Shown: in pieces, positions 44,550 to 57,198 of the stretch
How positions within the stretch are numbered: the stretch's first letter is position 1
Layout of the letters: every line of letters begins with the position of its first letter
Assembly (NCBI GenBank): GCA_027490975.1
Contig: JAIXXA010000038.1
Location: forward strand, 28,608-92,607
DNA length: 64,000 nt
Reading direction: 5' to 3'
Source of the DNA: Rhodospirillaceae bacterium
GTDB taxonomy: Bacteria > Pseudomonadota > Alphaproteobacteria > CACIAM-22H2
Made by a program: the position numbers and the translations under genes
Notes under the pieces: model-generated
Told to the model about the DNA's origin: nothing
The model's database searches: none
The model's input: only the letters and a program-made list of their open reading frames with translations

Positions 44550-45076
44550 TCCGCCGTTTTCTCGTATTGCTGGCGACGACGCTGGCGTTGATGGGGTGCA
44601 GTGGCATGAAGATCGAAGATTTCGCGGGCAAGACGCCCGTCTTGAAGATCGACGAGTATTTCCTCGGCCGCACGCGCGCCTGGGGCATTTTCGAGGACCG
44701 TTTCGCCAATCTGCGCCGCGAATTCACGGTCGACATCGAAGGCAAGTGGGAGGGCGACGAATTCGTCCTCGACGAGCATTTCGACTATGCCGACGGCGAG
44801 AAGGACCGCCGCGTGTGGCGCCTGCGCCGCATCGGCACCGACCGCTGGGAAGGGCGCACCGAAGACGCGATCGGCGTGGCCTTGGGCCACCAGGCCGGCA
44901 ACGCGTTCAGCTTCAAATACAATATCAATCTCAAGATGGGCGAACGGCGCTTGGCCGTGCATTTCGACGATTGGATGTATCTGCAGCCCGATGGCTTGCT
45001 GCTCAACCGCGCCTACGTGACCAAATGGGGTTTCGATATCGGCTCGGTCACGCTCGCCTTCAGGAAGGTACCTTGA
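44546..45076 (+). CDS. DUF3833 family lipoprotein
   Basis: Tail of ORF 43370..45076 from MIRRFLVLLATTLALMGCSG (lipobox). The ATG overlaps the MFS stop (ATGA). Confidence 0.8.
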   Translation: MIRRFLVLLATTLALMGCSGMKIEDFAGKTPVLKIDEYFLGRTRAWGIFEDRFANLRREFTVDIEGKWEGDEFVLDEHFDYADGEKDRRVWRLRRIGTDRWEGRTEDAIGVALGHQAGNAFSFKYNINLKMGERRLAVHFDDWMYLQPDGLLLNRAYVTKWGFDIGSVTLAFRKVP

Positions 45077-45470
45077 GGCGACGGCGCACGAGGCCGACGA
45101 GCCAGCCCAGCACCGGCAGCTTGGCGTAGACCTCGGTGCTCGCGTCCCAATGGTCGATATGGGCGCTGATGCGGCCGTCGGCGGCGAAATGGATTTCGCT
45201 CATGCCGTCGAAGGCAAAGCCGTTGCCCTGGTCGTAGTGCCACAGCAGATAGGCGCCCGCGGCCCCGCGCGCTTTGTCGCGCACCGTGAAGCGCGGCGTG
45301 CCGTGATCGAACGCCATGGCGAGGGCCGCGCGCATCTTGTCCACACCCGTCACGTCGTTGAACGGGTCTTTGAAGCGCACGTCCGGCGTGACGAGTGCGT
45401 CGAGTGCCGCGAGATTGTCGCGCCGAATCGTTTCGAAAAACGCGACATAGGCGTCGAGTCTGTCCATCAC
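45060..45470 (-). CDS. nuclear transport factor 2 (SnoaL-like) family protein
   Basis: ORF 45060..45470: LDAYVAFFETIRRDNLAALDALVTPDVRFKDPFNDV. Its 3' end overlaps the convergent DUF3833 gene by 17 nt. Confidence 0.8.
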   Translation of the reverse strand: MMDRLDAYVAFFETIRRDNLAALDALVTPDVRFKDPFNDVTGVDKMRAALAMAFDHGTPRFTVRDKARGAAGAYLLWHYDQGNGFAFDGMSEIHFAADGRISAHIDHWDASTEVYAKLPVLGWLVGLVRRRLKVPS

Positions 45471-46213
45471 ACACCCGTCATGCGCCGCACGAGTTTGAAA
45501 TAGAGCCCGTAGGGCAGCATGCGCAGAAATTTGAGCAGGATCGCAAAGCGGCGCGGAAACACGATTTCGAAGCTGTTGCCGGCAAGGCCTGCCACGAACG
45601 CGTCGATCGCCGCGTCGAGTTCCATGAGGAACGGCATCGGGAAGTCGTTTTTGTCGGTGAGCGGCGTGCGCACAAAGCCCGGATCGACAAGCTGCAGCTT
45701 GATGCCGAGCGCGTCACATTCGAGCTTCAGCCCCTCGCACATATTGATGAGGGCGGCTTTGGTCGCCCCGTAGGCCGACGCGGTCGGCAGGCCCGAATAG
45801 CCCGCAACCGATGCGACGACCGCAATATGCCCACGCTTGCGTGCCCGCATGGCGGCAAGCGTGGGGGCGAGCACATTGACCGTGCCCATCAGATTGATCT
45901 CGACGAGCCGGCGGAACGGGGCCACGGCAAAATCCGCGGCGCCCATCGGCAGATGCGTGCCCGCGTTGAACACGGCGAGCGCGAGGGGCCCGATCTCGGC
46001 CTCGATCCACGCGACCGCGTTTTCGCACGCGTCCTTGTCGGTCGCGTCGAGTGCAAGCGGCACAATGTTTTTGCCGGCCTCGGCGGCGAGCGCATCGAGG
46101 GCAGATTGATTGCGCGCCGACGCCACGACCGTGCGGCCTTCTTTTGCGAGGCGCAGAGCGAGGGCGCGGCCGATGCCCGACGACGCCCCCGTGATCCAGA
46201 CGATTTCGCTCAT
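45467..46213 (-). CDS. SDR family oxidoreductase
   Basis: ORF 45467..46213: VWITGASSGIGRALA...SVAGYSGLPTASAYGATKAAL (TGxxxGxG and YxxxK). Confidence 0.9.
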   Translation of the reverse strand: MSEIVWITGASSGIGRALALRLAKEGRTVVASARNQSALDALAAEAGKNIVPLALDATDKDACENAVAWIEAEIGPLALAVFNAGTHLPMGAADFAVAPFRRLVEINLMGTVNVLAPTLAAMRARKRGHIAVVASVAGYSGLPTASAYGATKAALINMCEGLKLECDALGIKLQLVDPGFVRTPLTDKNDFPMPFLMELDAAIDAFVAGLAGNSFEIVFPRRFAILLKFLRMLPYGLYFKLVRRMTGV

Positions 46214-46214
46214 G

Positions 46215-46952
46215 TCAGGCTTTTACGCGCAAACTGCCGCGACCGCCATCCACCCCGACGATCTGGCCCGTGATCCAGCCCGCTTTGGGCCCGAGCAGAA
46301 AGGCGCCGAGATTGGCAGCATCCTCGGGCGCGCCGATGCGGCCGAGTGGGTGCATCGCATCCATGGCTTTTTCGAGCGACGGGTTCGACAGAAACGCCGC
46401 CGCCATTTTGCTGCGCGTGAGGCTGGGCGCGATGCAATTGACGCGCACATTGGGGGCGAGTTCGGCCGCCAGCGACAGCGCAAGCGCCTCGACCGCCCCT
46501 TTGGCCGAGGCGATCACGCTGTGCTGCGGAAAACCTTGGCCGGCCGCCACGCTCGAGAACAGCAGCACGGAACCTTTGGCCTGCGCCAATGCCGCTTGGG
46601 CGGCTTTGATCGCAAGAGCTGCCCCGATCACGTTGAGGCGATAGGCGTCGGCGAAATCGGCGGCGGAAGCGCGTGCCAGCGGCTTCAGCACGATCGAGCC
46701 CACGCACCAGGCAAGTCCGGCGATCCCGGAACCACCGGCGGATGCAGCCGCAACGGCACCGGCGATGCTGGCATCGTCGAGCGCGTCGAACGGACTCGTC
46801 GTCGCGTTCAGTTCCTGGCCAAGGGCGGCGAGAGCGGGGGCGTCGCGCGCAACCAGATGCAGGCTTTGGCCATCGGCCGCAAGGCTGCGCGCCAGCGCCT
46901 GGCCGATGGCGCCGGTGGCGCCGAAAACGAGAATGGGAGCTTCGTTTGTCAT
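46215..46952 (-). CDS. SDR family oxidoreductase (atypical)
   Basis: ORF 46215..46952: ILVFGATGAIGQALA...SSVAAGQGFPQHSVIASAKGAVEAL...GQIVGVDGG. Confidence 0.88.
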   Translation of the reverse strand: MTNEAPILVFGATGAIGQALARSLAADGQSLHLVARDAPALAALGQELNATTSPFDALDDASIAGAVAAASAGGSGIAGLAWCVGSIVLKPLARASAADFADAYRLNVIGAALAIKAAQAALAQAKGSVLLFSSVAAGQGFPQHSVIASAKGAVEALALSLAAELAPNVRVNCIAPSLTRSKMAAAFLSNPSLEKAMDAMHPLGRIGAPEDAANLGAFLLGPKAGWITGQIVGVDGGRGSLRVKA

Positions 46953-47011
46953 GCCAGTTACATGGCGTGGCGGGCTGGAAAAACCATGGGTTTGGCGCTA
47001 TAGTATTCGCC

Positions 47012-47332
47012 ATGGAAAAGACCCGTCGCGCCTTTTTGTCGTGTGCCGCCGTGGCGGCGACCGCTGGCCTGGTTGCCCCGCGCCCGGCATCGGCCCTGCG
47101 CATCGAAGATCTCGATGTGCCGCGCCAACGCCTGATTCTCGAGGCGTGCGAAACGCGCAACGCGCACCAGCGTGTGCTGGCCGATTTGATGGCCGAACTC
47201 GAAGGGCGGGGTGTGGGCGAGGTGCAGGCGCGCGAAACCGCCCAGCAGATGAATTGCCCGTTCTGCGGCTGCGGGCTTGCGTCGGCGGCGGCCGGCGAAT
47301 TGCCGGACGCGCAGACGCCGCCGCGTTTCTAA
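47012..47332 (+). CDS. hypothetical small protein with a twin-arginine signal (106 aa)
   Basis: Tail of ORF 46673..47332 from MEKTRRAFLSCAAVAATAGLVAPRPASA. It contains the Cys motif CPFCGCG. TATAGT lies 8 nt upstream of the ATG. Confidence 0.5.
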   Translation: MEKTRRAFLSCAAVAATAGLVAPRPASALRIEDLDVPRQRLILEACETRNAHQRVLADLMAELEGRGVGEVQARETAQQMNCPFCGCGLASAAAGELPDAQTPPRF

Positions 47333-47349
47333 TTCCGTCGTTTTAGGGT

Positions 47350-47769
47350 TCAGCGCTCGCGCGGCCGGCCCGCATAGGTGCCGGTCTGCGGCCAGATCAT
47401 TTCGAGGCCGATCGGCTGGTCGCCGGGCAGCTTGCGCAAGATGGCCTTGAGGCCGATCGCGTCGGCGTAGCGCTCGGCTTCCGATTCCGCATGGCCGCGA
47501 ATGCGTCGGCGCGTGGCGCCCGGCAGGCGGTCGAAGGCGGTGCGCGCGAGCTCGAAATTGAACGGGCTTTCGTCGTCGGCCGCGGTGCGGATCGCGCGCG
47601 CCACGTGATGGTCCGGCCCCAGCAATTCGCCGACCGATTTGGACAGGATGAAAATCGCGCGCACGCGCTCGCGCGGGCGCGCACTTTGCGAACCGGGGGC
47701 TTGGGCGCGGGGAGCTGCGGGAAGTTCTGCCATCGGACGGATCGCCTTGTTGGGCCGGTCCTGCGGCAA
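47350..47769 (-). CDS. hypothetical protein downstream of ccrM
   Basis: ORF 47350..47769, with a possible internal start MAELPAAP at 47733. The gap after the ccrM stop is 17 nt. No family is recognised. Confidence 0.5.
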   Translation of the reverse strand: MPQDRPNKAIRPMAELPAAPRAQAPGSQSARPRERVRAIFILSKSVGELLGPDHHVARAIRTAADDESPFNFELARTAFDRLPGATRRRIRGHAESEAERYADAIGLKAILRKLPGDQPIGLEMIWPQTGTYAGRPRER

Positions 47770-47786
47770 ATGCCGTCAGGCTCGGG

Positions 47787-49595
<1,809 letters not shown>

Positions 49596-49662
49596 CTATA
49601 CGCCGAACGGCCCGCCGGCGATTGCGGTCGAATTTCGCCGCGACGGAAGACCGAAACGGACG

Positions 49663-50544
49663 CTAGGCGTCGGTTGCGAGCGCCTTGAGGGCAAGGTCGA
49701 TGCGTCGGTGGCGGCTCTCGTTGGCGCGCGGATTGGAAGTCCCCCAGCGCGTGGCGCGGCGAAAATCGCGGAAGCGCTCGATGTCGAGCGGATGTGCGGG
49801 TACGACATTGCGCATCTTGCCGTCTGCCCCTTCGAAGGCAACCGCGCGGCCGGCGAGGAAGGCTTCGAGCCGTTTGGTTGCGCCGGTGCCGAATTGGTGC
49901 AGATGGCAGCCAAGCTCGATCTGGCCGCGCAGGCTGCGCGCGAACATGGTCGACCCGGGGCTCGCCGTCGCGACCACGCGGCGCACGGCCAATCCGATCC
50001 GCACGAGCTTCAGCCGCTCGAAGCGCGCGAGGATCGCCGCCGCCCCCGGCCAGGCCAGCAGGCGCGCGCCGATGCGCTCGGCCTGCGCGCGTTCGGACTT
50101 GTTCATCTTCTCTGTCGGCATTGCAAAAAGCCGATCGAGATCGACGCGCACGGCAATCGCATCGGGCCGGGGTGTGTCGAGGTCGAGCAGGCGCGCGCGG
50201 GCAAAGGCCGCAAGCTTTGCGCGCAATTCGGCCTGCTGGCTCAGATCCATCTGCAGGCGGCCGAGCGACAGGCCGCTTGCCCCATTGTCGAGCGCCACCG
50301 CTTGGCCCGCCCGCCCGCCCTCGGCCGCCGCCAAGGTCGGTTCCAACCAGCGCACAAACAGCGGATGCAAGACGATTCGCCGTCGGGCGGTATCTGCAAT
50401 CGCTTTTTGTTCCAAAACAATTTCGGCCCCGCCGGGGCCCGCGCCAGCGAAGTCGAACGCCCGCGACGGCAGCTGTCTGCGGTCGGCCAGAGCGGTCGCA
50501 TTTGCGCCGATTTTGCTGGCTTCTTTTGCCAAAATGTTCTCCAT
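49663..50544 (-). CDS. hypothetical conserved-looking protein (293 aa)
   Basis: ORF 49663..50544 has coherent codon usage. No family is recognised from the sequence. Confidence 0.65.
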   Translation of the reverse strand: MENILAKEASKIGANATALADRRQLPSRAFDFAGAGPGGAEIVLEQKAIADTARRRIVLHPLFVRWLEPTLAAAEGGRAGQAVALDNGASGLSLGRLQMDLSQQAELRAKLAAFARARLLDLDTPRPDAIAVRVDLDRLFAMPTEKMNKSERAQAERIGARLLAWPGAAAILARFERLKLVRIGLAVRRVVATASPGSTMFARSLRGQIELGCHLHQFGTGATKRLEAFLAGRAVAFEGADGKMRNVVPAHPLDIERFRDFRRATRWGTSNPRANESRHRRIDLALKALATDA

Positions 50545-50749
50545 AGCAGAGTTAGAGAAAAATATCAGATATAGGATTAACAGTCAAATAATTTTTGCGA
50601 AAAGCGGGCAAAGAGTTTTGACCCGCCGCAGGGCGGCCTATATAAACCGTGCCATTCGCACAATTCGGTACGCCTCGGTTCGATTTGCCATGGGATTGCG
50701 TCCTGGCAGACAGGGTCGATTTTTGCGTGCCGCCGCCAGGAGACGTCCC

Positions 50750-51358
50750 ATGTCGTTGCCCTTGATGCCCAAAGCCACGGCCGTGTGGCTGGTCGAAAAC
50801 ACCGCCCTCAGCTTCGAGCAGATCGCCGAATTCTGCGGCATGCATTCGCTCGAAGTGCAGGGCATTGCCGACGGCGAAGTGGCGATGGGGATCAACGGTC
50901 TCGATCCGATCGCCAACAACCAGCTCACGCGCGAAGAAATCACGCGCGCGGAAGCAGACCCCGCCGCGCGCCTCAATCTGCTGAAGGTCGATCTGCCGAT
51001 GCCGGTGCAGCGCCCGAAGGGGGCGAAATACACGCCCGTGTCCAAGCGCCAAGACCGCCCGGCCGCGATCGCATGGCTGCTGCGCCACCACGCCGAACTC
51101 GGCGATGCCGCGATCGGCAAGCTCGTGGGCACCACGAAGCCGACGATCCAGAAGATCCGCGACCGCTCGCATTTCGACATGGCCAACATCAAGCCGACCA
51201 ATCCGGTCGTGCTGGGCCTGTGCAGCCAGGACGCGCTCGACGAAGCGATCGGCCGTGCGGCCCGCTCGGCCGAGCGCGCGCGCAAAGAGCAGGAACGCGC
51301 CGCCAAGCGCGCTGCCAAAGCCGCGACCGAGGCCGCTGCCGCGAAGGCCGAAGCGTAA
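50750..51358 (+). CDS. DUF1013 domain-containing protein (alphaproteobacterial, TrcR-like)
   Basis: Tail of ORF 49685..51358 from MSLPLMPKATAVWLVENTALSFEQIAEFCGMHSLEVQGIADGE...KYTPVSKRQDRPAAIAWLL. AGGAGA lies 7 nt upstream. Confidence 0.85.
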   Translation: MSLPLMPKATAVWLVENTALSFEQIAEFCGMHSLEVQGIADGEVAMGINGLDPIANNQLTREEITRAEADPAARLNLLKVDLPMPVQRPKGAKYTPVSKRQDRPAAIAWLLRHHAELGDAAIGKLVGTTKPTIQKIRDRSHFDMANIKPTNPVVLGLCSQDALDEAIGRAARSAERARKEQERAAKRAAKAATEAAAAKAEA

Positions 51359-51361
51359 GCT

Positions 51362-53275
51362 TCAGGCTTCCTTCGCGTAGCCGGCGTCTTTGAGGCTTGC
51401 GCGGATTTCGTCCAGGATCGCGGGATCGTCGATCGTCGCGGGCGGCTTGTAGCTTTGCGCGTCGGCGCTTTTCTGCATCGTCCCGCGCAGGATTTTGCCC
51501 GAACGCGTCTTGGGCAGGCGCTTGACGATCACAGCCTGCTTGAACGCCGCGACAGGGCCGATCTTGTCGCGCACAAGTGCGACGATCTCGGCGGTGATCG
51601 TCGCATCGGGTTTGTTGACGCCCGATTTGAGCACCACGAAGCCGAGCGGCACCTGGCCCTTCAGTTCGTCGGCAACGCCGATCACCGCGCACTCGGCGAC
51701 GTCGGCGTGGCTTGCCAGCACTTCTTCCATCTGCCCCGTCGACAGGCGATGGCCCGCCACGTTGATAACGTCGTCCACGCGCGTCATCACGTAGAGATAG
51801 CCGTCTTCGTCGATATAGCCCGCATCGCCGGTCTTGTAGCAGCCCGGATATTCGGCGAGATACGCGTCCACGAAGCGCTGCTCGGCGTTCCACAGCGTGG
51901 GGAACGTTCCCGGCGGCAGCGGCAGGCGGCACACGATGGCGCCGATCTGGCCGGCCGCCAGCGCGTGTCCGTCGGTATCGAGCACGGCCACGTCCCAGCC
52001 GGGCACGGGTTTGGTCGGCGAGCCGGGCTTGATCGGAAAGAGCGCACCCGTTCCGGTCGGAATGCCGAGGCAATTGGCCGCGATCGGCCAGCCGGTTTCG
52101 GTCTGCCACCAATGGTCCACGACCGGGCGCTGCAGCTTCTGCGTGGCCCAGTCGAGCGTGGCCGGATCGCAGCGCTCGCCCGCCAGAAACAGCGCGCGGA
52201 AGCCCGAAAGATCGTGCTTGGCGATGAGCAGCCCCTCGGGATCCTCTTTGCGGATCGCGCGGAATGCCGTGGGCGCCGTGAACAGCGTTTTGACGCCGTG
52301 GCTCTCGATCACGCGCCAGTAAACACCCGCATCGGGCGTGCCGACGGGTTTGCCTTCGAACAGCACGGTCGTGCAGCCTGCGAGCAGCGGCGCATAGCAG
52401 ATGTAGGAATGGCCGACGACCCAGCCGACGTCGGAGGCCGCCCAGAACACCTCGCCGGGCTTCATGTCGTAGATCGCGTGCATCGAATAATGCAGGGCCA
52501 CCGCGTGCCCGCCATTGTCGCGCACCACGCCCTTGGGGGCGCCCGTGGTGCCCGACGTGTAGAGAATGTAGAGCGGGTCGGTCGCAAGCACGGGCACGCA
52601 TTCGGCCGGTGCGGCGGCGGCGACCGCTTCGGCCCAGTCGCGGTCGCGACCGTCAACCAAGCTGCAGGCGAGTTGCGGGCGCTGCAGGACGAGGCAGGCC
52701 GACGGTTTGTGCTTGGCGATGGCGATCGCGGCGTCGAGCAGCGGCTTGTAGGGCACGATCTTCGCCCCCTCGATGCCGCACGAGGCCGACAGAATGGCCT
52801 TGGGCGTGCAGTCGTCGATGCGCACGGCAAGCTCGTTGGCGGCAAACCCGCCGAACACGACCGAATGCACCGCCCCCAGCCGCGCGCAGGCCAGTATCGC
52901 GACGAGCGCTTCGGGCACCATCGGCATATAGACGATCACGCGGTCGCCTTTGGCCACGCCCGCTTCTTTGAGCGCACCCGCCAGCGCAGCGATTTTCGTT
53001 TGCATCTCGGCATAGGTGAAACGCGCGACAGTGCCGGTCACGGGGCTGTCGTAGATCACAGCAAGGCGCTGCCCGTGGCCTGCGGCGACATGGCGGTCGA
53101 TCGCGTTCCAGCAGGTGTTGAGGAGGCCGCCCGGAAACCAGCGTGCAACCGGTTTGGCGTCGGCATCGAGCACGCGGGTCGGCGGGCGGATCCAGTCGAT
53201 ACCTTGGGCGATTTCGCCCCAAAACCCTTCCGGATCGCGCCGCGAGCGGCTGTGGATTTCCGCGTAGGTCGCCAT
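51362..53275 (-). CDS. prpE: propionate-CoA ligase / acyl-CoA synthetase (Acs family)
   Basis: C-terminal 637 codons of ORF 51362..53494 from MATYAEIHSRSRRDPEGFWGEIAQGIDW...LNTCWNAIDRHV...YILYTSGTTGAPKGV. GGGAGG lies upstream. The PrpE versus Acs distinction rests on N-terminal similarity recalled from memory. Confidence 0.88.
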   Translation of the reverse strand: MATYAEIHSRSRRDPEGFWGEIAQGIDWIRPPTRVLDADAKPVARWFPGGLLNTCWNAIDRHVAAGHGQRLAVIYDSPVTGTVARFTYAEMQTKIAALAGALKEAGVAKGDRVIVYMPMVPEALVAILACARLGAVHSVVFGGFAANELAVRIDDCTPKAILSASCGIEGAKIVPYKPLLDAAIAIAKHKPSACLVLQRPQLACSLVDGRDRDWAEAVAAAAPAECVPVLATDPLYILYTSGTTGAPKGVVRDNGGHAVALHYSMHAIYDMKPGEVFWAASDVGWVVGHSYICYAPLLAGCTTVLFEGKPVGTPDAGVYWRVIESHGVKTLFTAPTAFRAIRKEDPEGLLIAKHDLSGFRALFLAGERCDPATLDWATQKLQRPVVDHWWQTETGWPIAANCLGIPTGTGALFPIKPGSPTKPVPGWDVAVLDTDGHALAAGQIGAIVCRLPLPPGTFPTLWNAEQRFVDAYLAEYPGCYKTGDAGYIDEDGYLYVMTRVDDVINVAGHRLSTGQMEEVLASHADVAECAVIGVADELKGQVPLGFVVLKSGVNKPDATITAEIVALVRDKIGPVAAFKQAVIVKRLPKTRSGKILRGTMQKSADAQSYKPPATIDDPAILDEIRASLKDAGYAKEA

Positions 53276-53633
53276 CGGTCGCGCCTCCCTCGTGTTTTCG
53301 AGCGTGTTCTTGTTTGGCGTTGTGTACTCTGCCGGCGAACCTTGCCCGGAACTGCCGCCGTTGGGAAGGGCTGGGCAGGGGCTTGAAAACGAAGGTGCGG
53401 CATAGCGCCGCAGGGGGGCCGCGAATTGGCGTTTTTCGCCTTGTTTTCTGCGGTTTGGCGCCCGTATCGCCGGGATCGGCCGGGTGCCATGCACGGGGGC
53501 GTATGCGCTGTTGAGATTGTCACGCTATGTCGTGTACGTTGACCCCGGTTCGCAGGATTCCGGTTCGCCGGTGCTTGCGGCCGCAACGCAAAAACACGTC
53601 GATCCGGCACCCATCCGAAACAATAGGCAGGCC

Positions 53634-56196
<2,563 letters not shown>

Positions 56197-56220
56197 GCGG
56201 CGCGCGAGGAAGGCACGGCA

Positions 56221-57198
56221 ATGTCCGCAGACGGTGGCTACGAAGCAACGCTGAATCCGGCGCTTGGTGCGTCCGGAATTGGCGCGCCCACCGCCTCGGG
56301 CGGCGTTGCCGATTTCGTGGCGCTGCTGAAGCCGCGGGTGATGAGCCTTGTGGTGTTCACGGGCCTCGTTGGGCTGATGCTGGCGCCGCCGAGCCTCCAC
56401 CCGTTCGAAGCGATCGTCGCGGTCGTGTGCATCGCGGTTGCCGCCGGGGCCGCCGGTGCGATCAACATGTGGTACGACGCCGACATCGACGCGTTGATGC
56501 GGCGAACGTCGACCCGGCCCATTCCGGCGGGCCGCGTCGATCCGTCCGAGGCCTTGGCCTTCGGCGTGGTGCTTTCGATCGCGTCGGTCGTGACGATGAT
56601 CTTGGCGACCAACCTGGTGGCCGGTGCCCTGCTCGCAGGGTCGATCGCGTTCTACGTGTTCGTCTACACGATGTGGCTCAAGCGCAGCACGCCGCAGAAC
56701 ATCGTGATCGGCGGGGCGGCCGGTGCGTTCCCGCCGATGATCGGCTGGGCGGCCGCGACCGGCGACGTCACGCTTGCCCCCATCGTGCTGTTCGCGATCG
56801 TGTTCATGTGGACGCCGCCGCATTTCTGGGCGCTCGCCTTGTTCGGCTGCCGCGACTACGCGAAGGCTGGCGTGCCGATGCTGCCCGTCGTCGCGGGCAA
56901 AAAAGAGACGCGGCGCCAGATCGTGATCTATTCGGTCTTGATGGCGCCGCTCGGCGTTGCCCCATATGCCCTTGGCTTGGTGGGCCCGATTTATGCCGCC
57001 GCCGCAACCGTGCTGGGGGCGGTGTTCGTCGCCGGTGCCTTCGCCGTGTGGCGCGACGGCAAAGCGGCCGGTGCGGACGAGCCCGATTTTGCCGAGCCTG
57101 CCGCACGTCGCTTGTTCGGCTATTCGATCGTCTATCTGTTTCTGCTGTTCGGGCTCATGATCCTTGATCGCGTGCCCTACGCAAGCGGAGCCTTCTGA
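56221..57198 (+). CDS. ctaB: heme o synthase (protoheme IX farnesyltransferase)
   Basis: ORF 56221..57198: NMWYDADIDALMRRTSTRPIPAGR...FMWTPPHFWALAL. Confidence 0.93.
   Translation: MSADGGYEATLNPALGASGIGAPTASGGVADFVALLKPRVMSLVVFTGLVGLMLAPPSLHPFEAIVAVVCIAVAAGAAGAINMWYDADIDALMRRTSTRPIPAGRVDPSEALAFGVVLSIASVVTMILATNLVAGALLAGSIAFYVFVYTMWLKRSTPQNIVIGGAAGAFPPMIGWAAATGDVTLAPIVLFAIVFMWTPPHFWALALFGCRDYAKAGVPMLPVVAGKKETRRQIVIYSVLMAPLGVAPYALGLVGPIYAAAATVLGAVFVAGAFAVWRDGKAAGADEPDFAEPAARRLFGYSIVYLFLLFGLMILDRVPYASGAF

Noticed and set aside
46953-47011. A second sigmaE-type promoter upstream of the SDR-SDR-SnoaL operon
   Set aside because: The reverse strand offers only TGGTTT-N18-TGTAA. This matches TGATCC ... 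CGTA poorly in the -35 element and has the wrong spacing.
53276-53633. Regulatory motifs (FNR/FixK box) in the 358-bp acyl-CoA ligase / coxB divergent region
   Set aside because: The best candidate, TTGAGATTGTCACG, fits neither TTGAT-N4-ATCAA nor TTGA-N6-TCAA spacing. Nothing here is convincing by eye.
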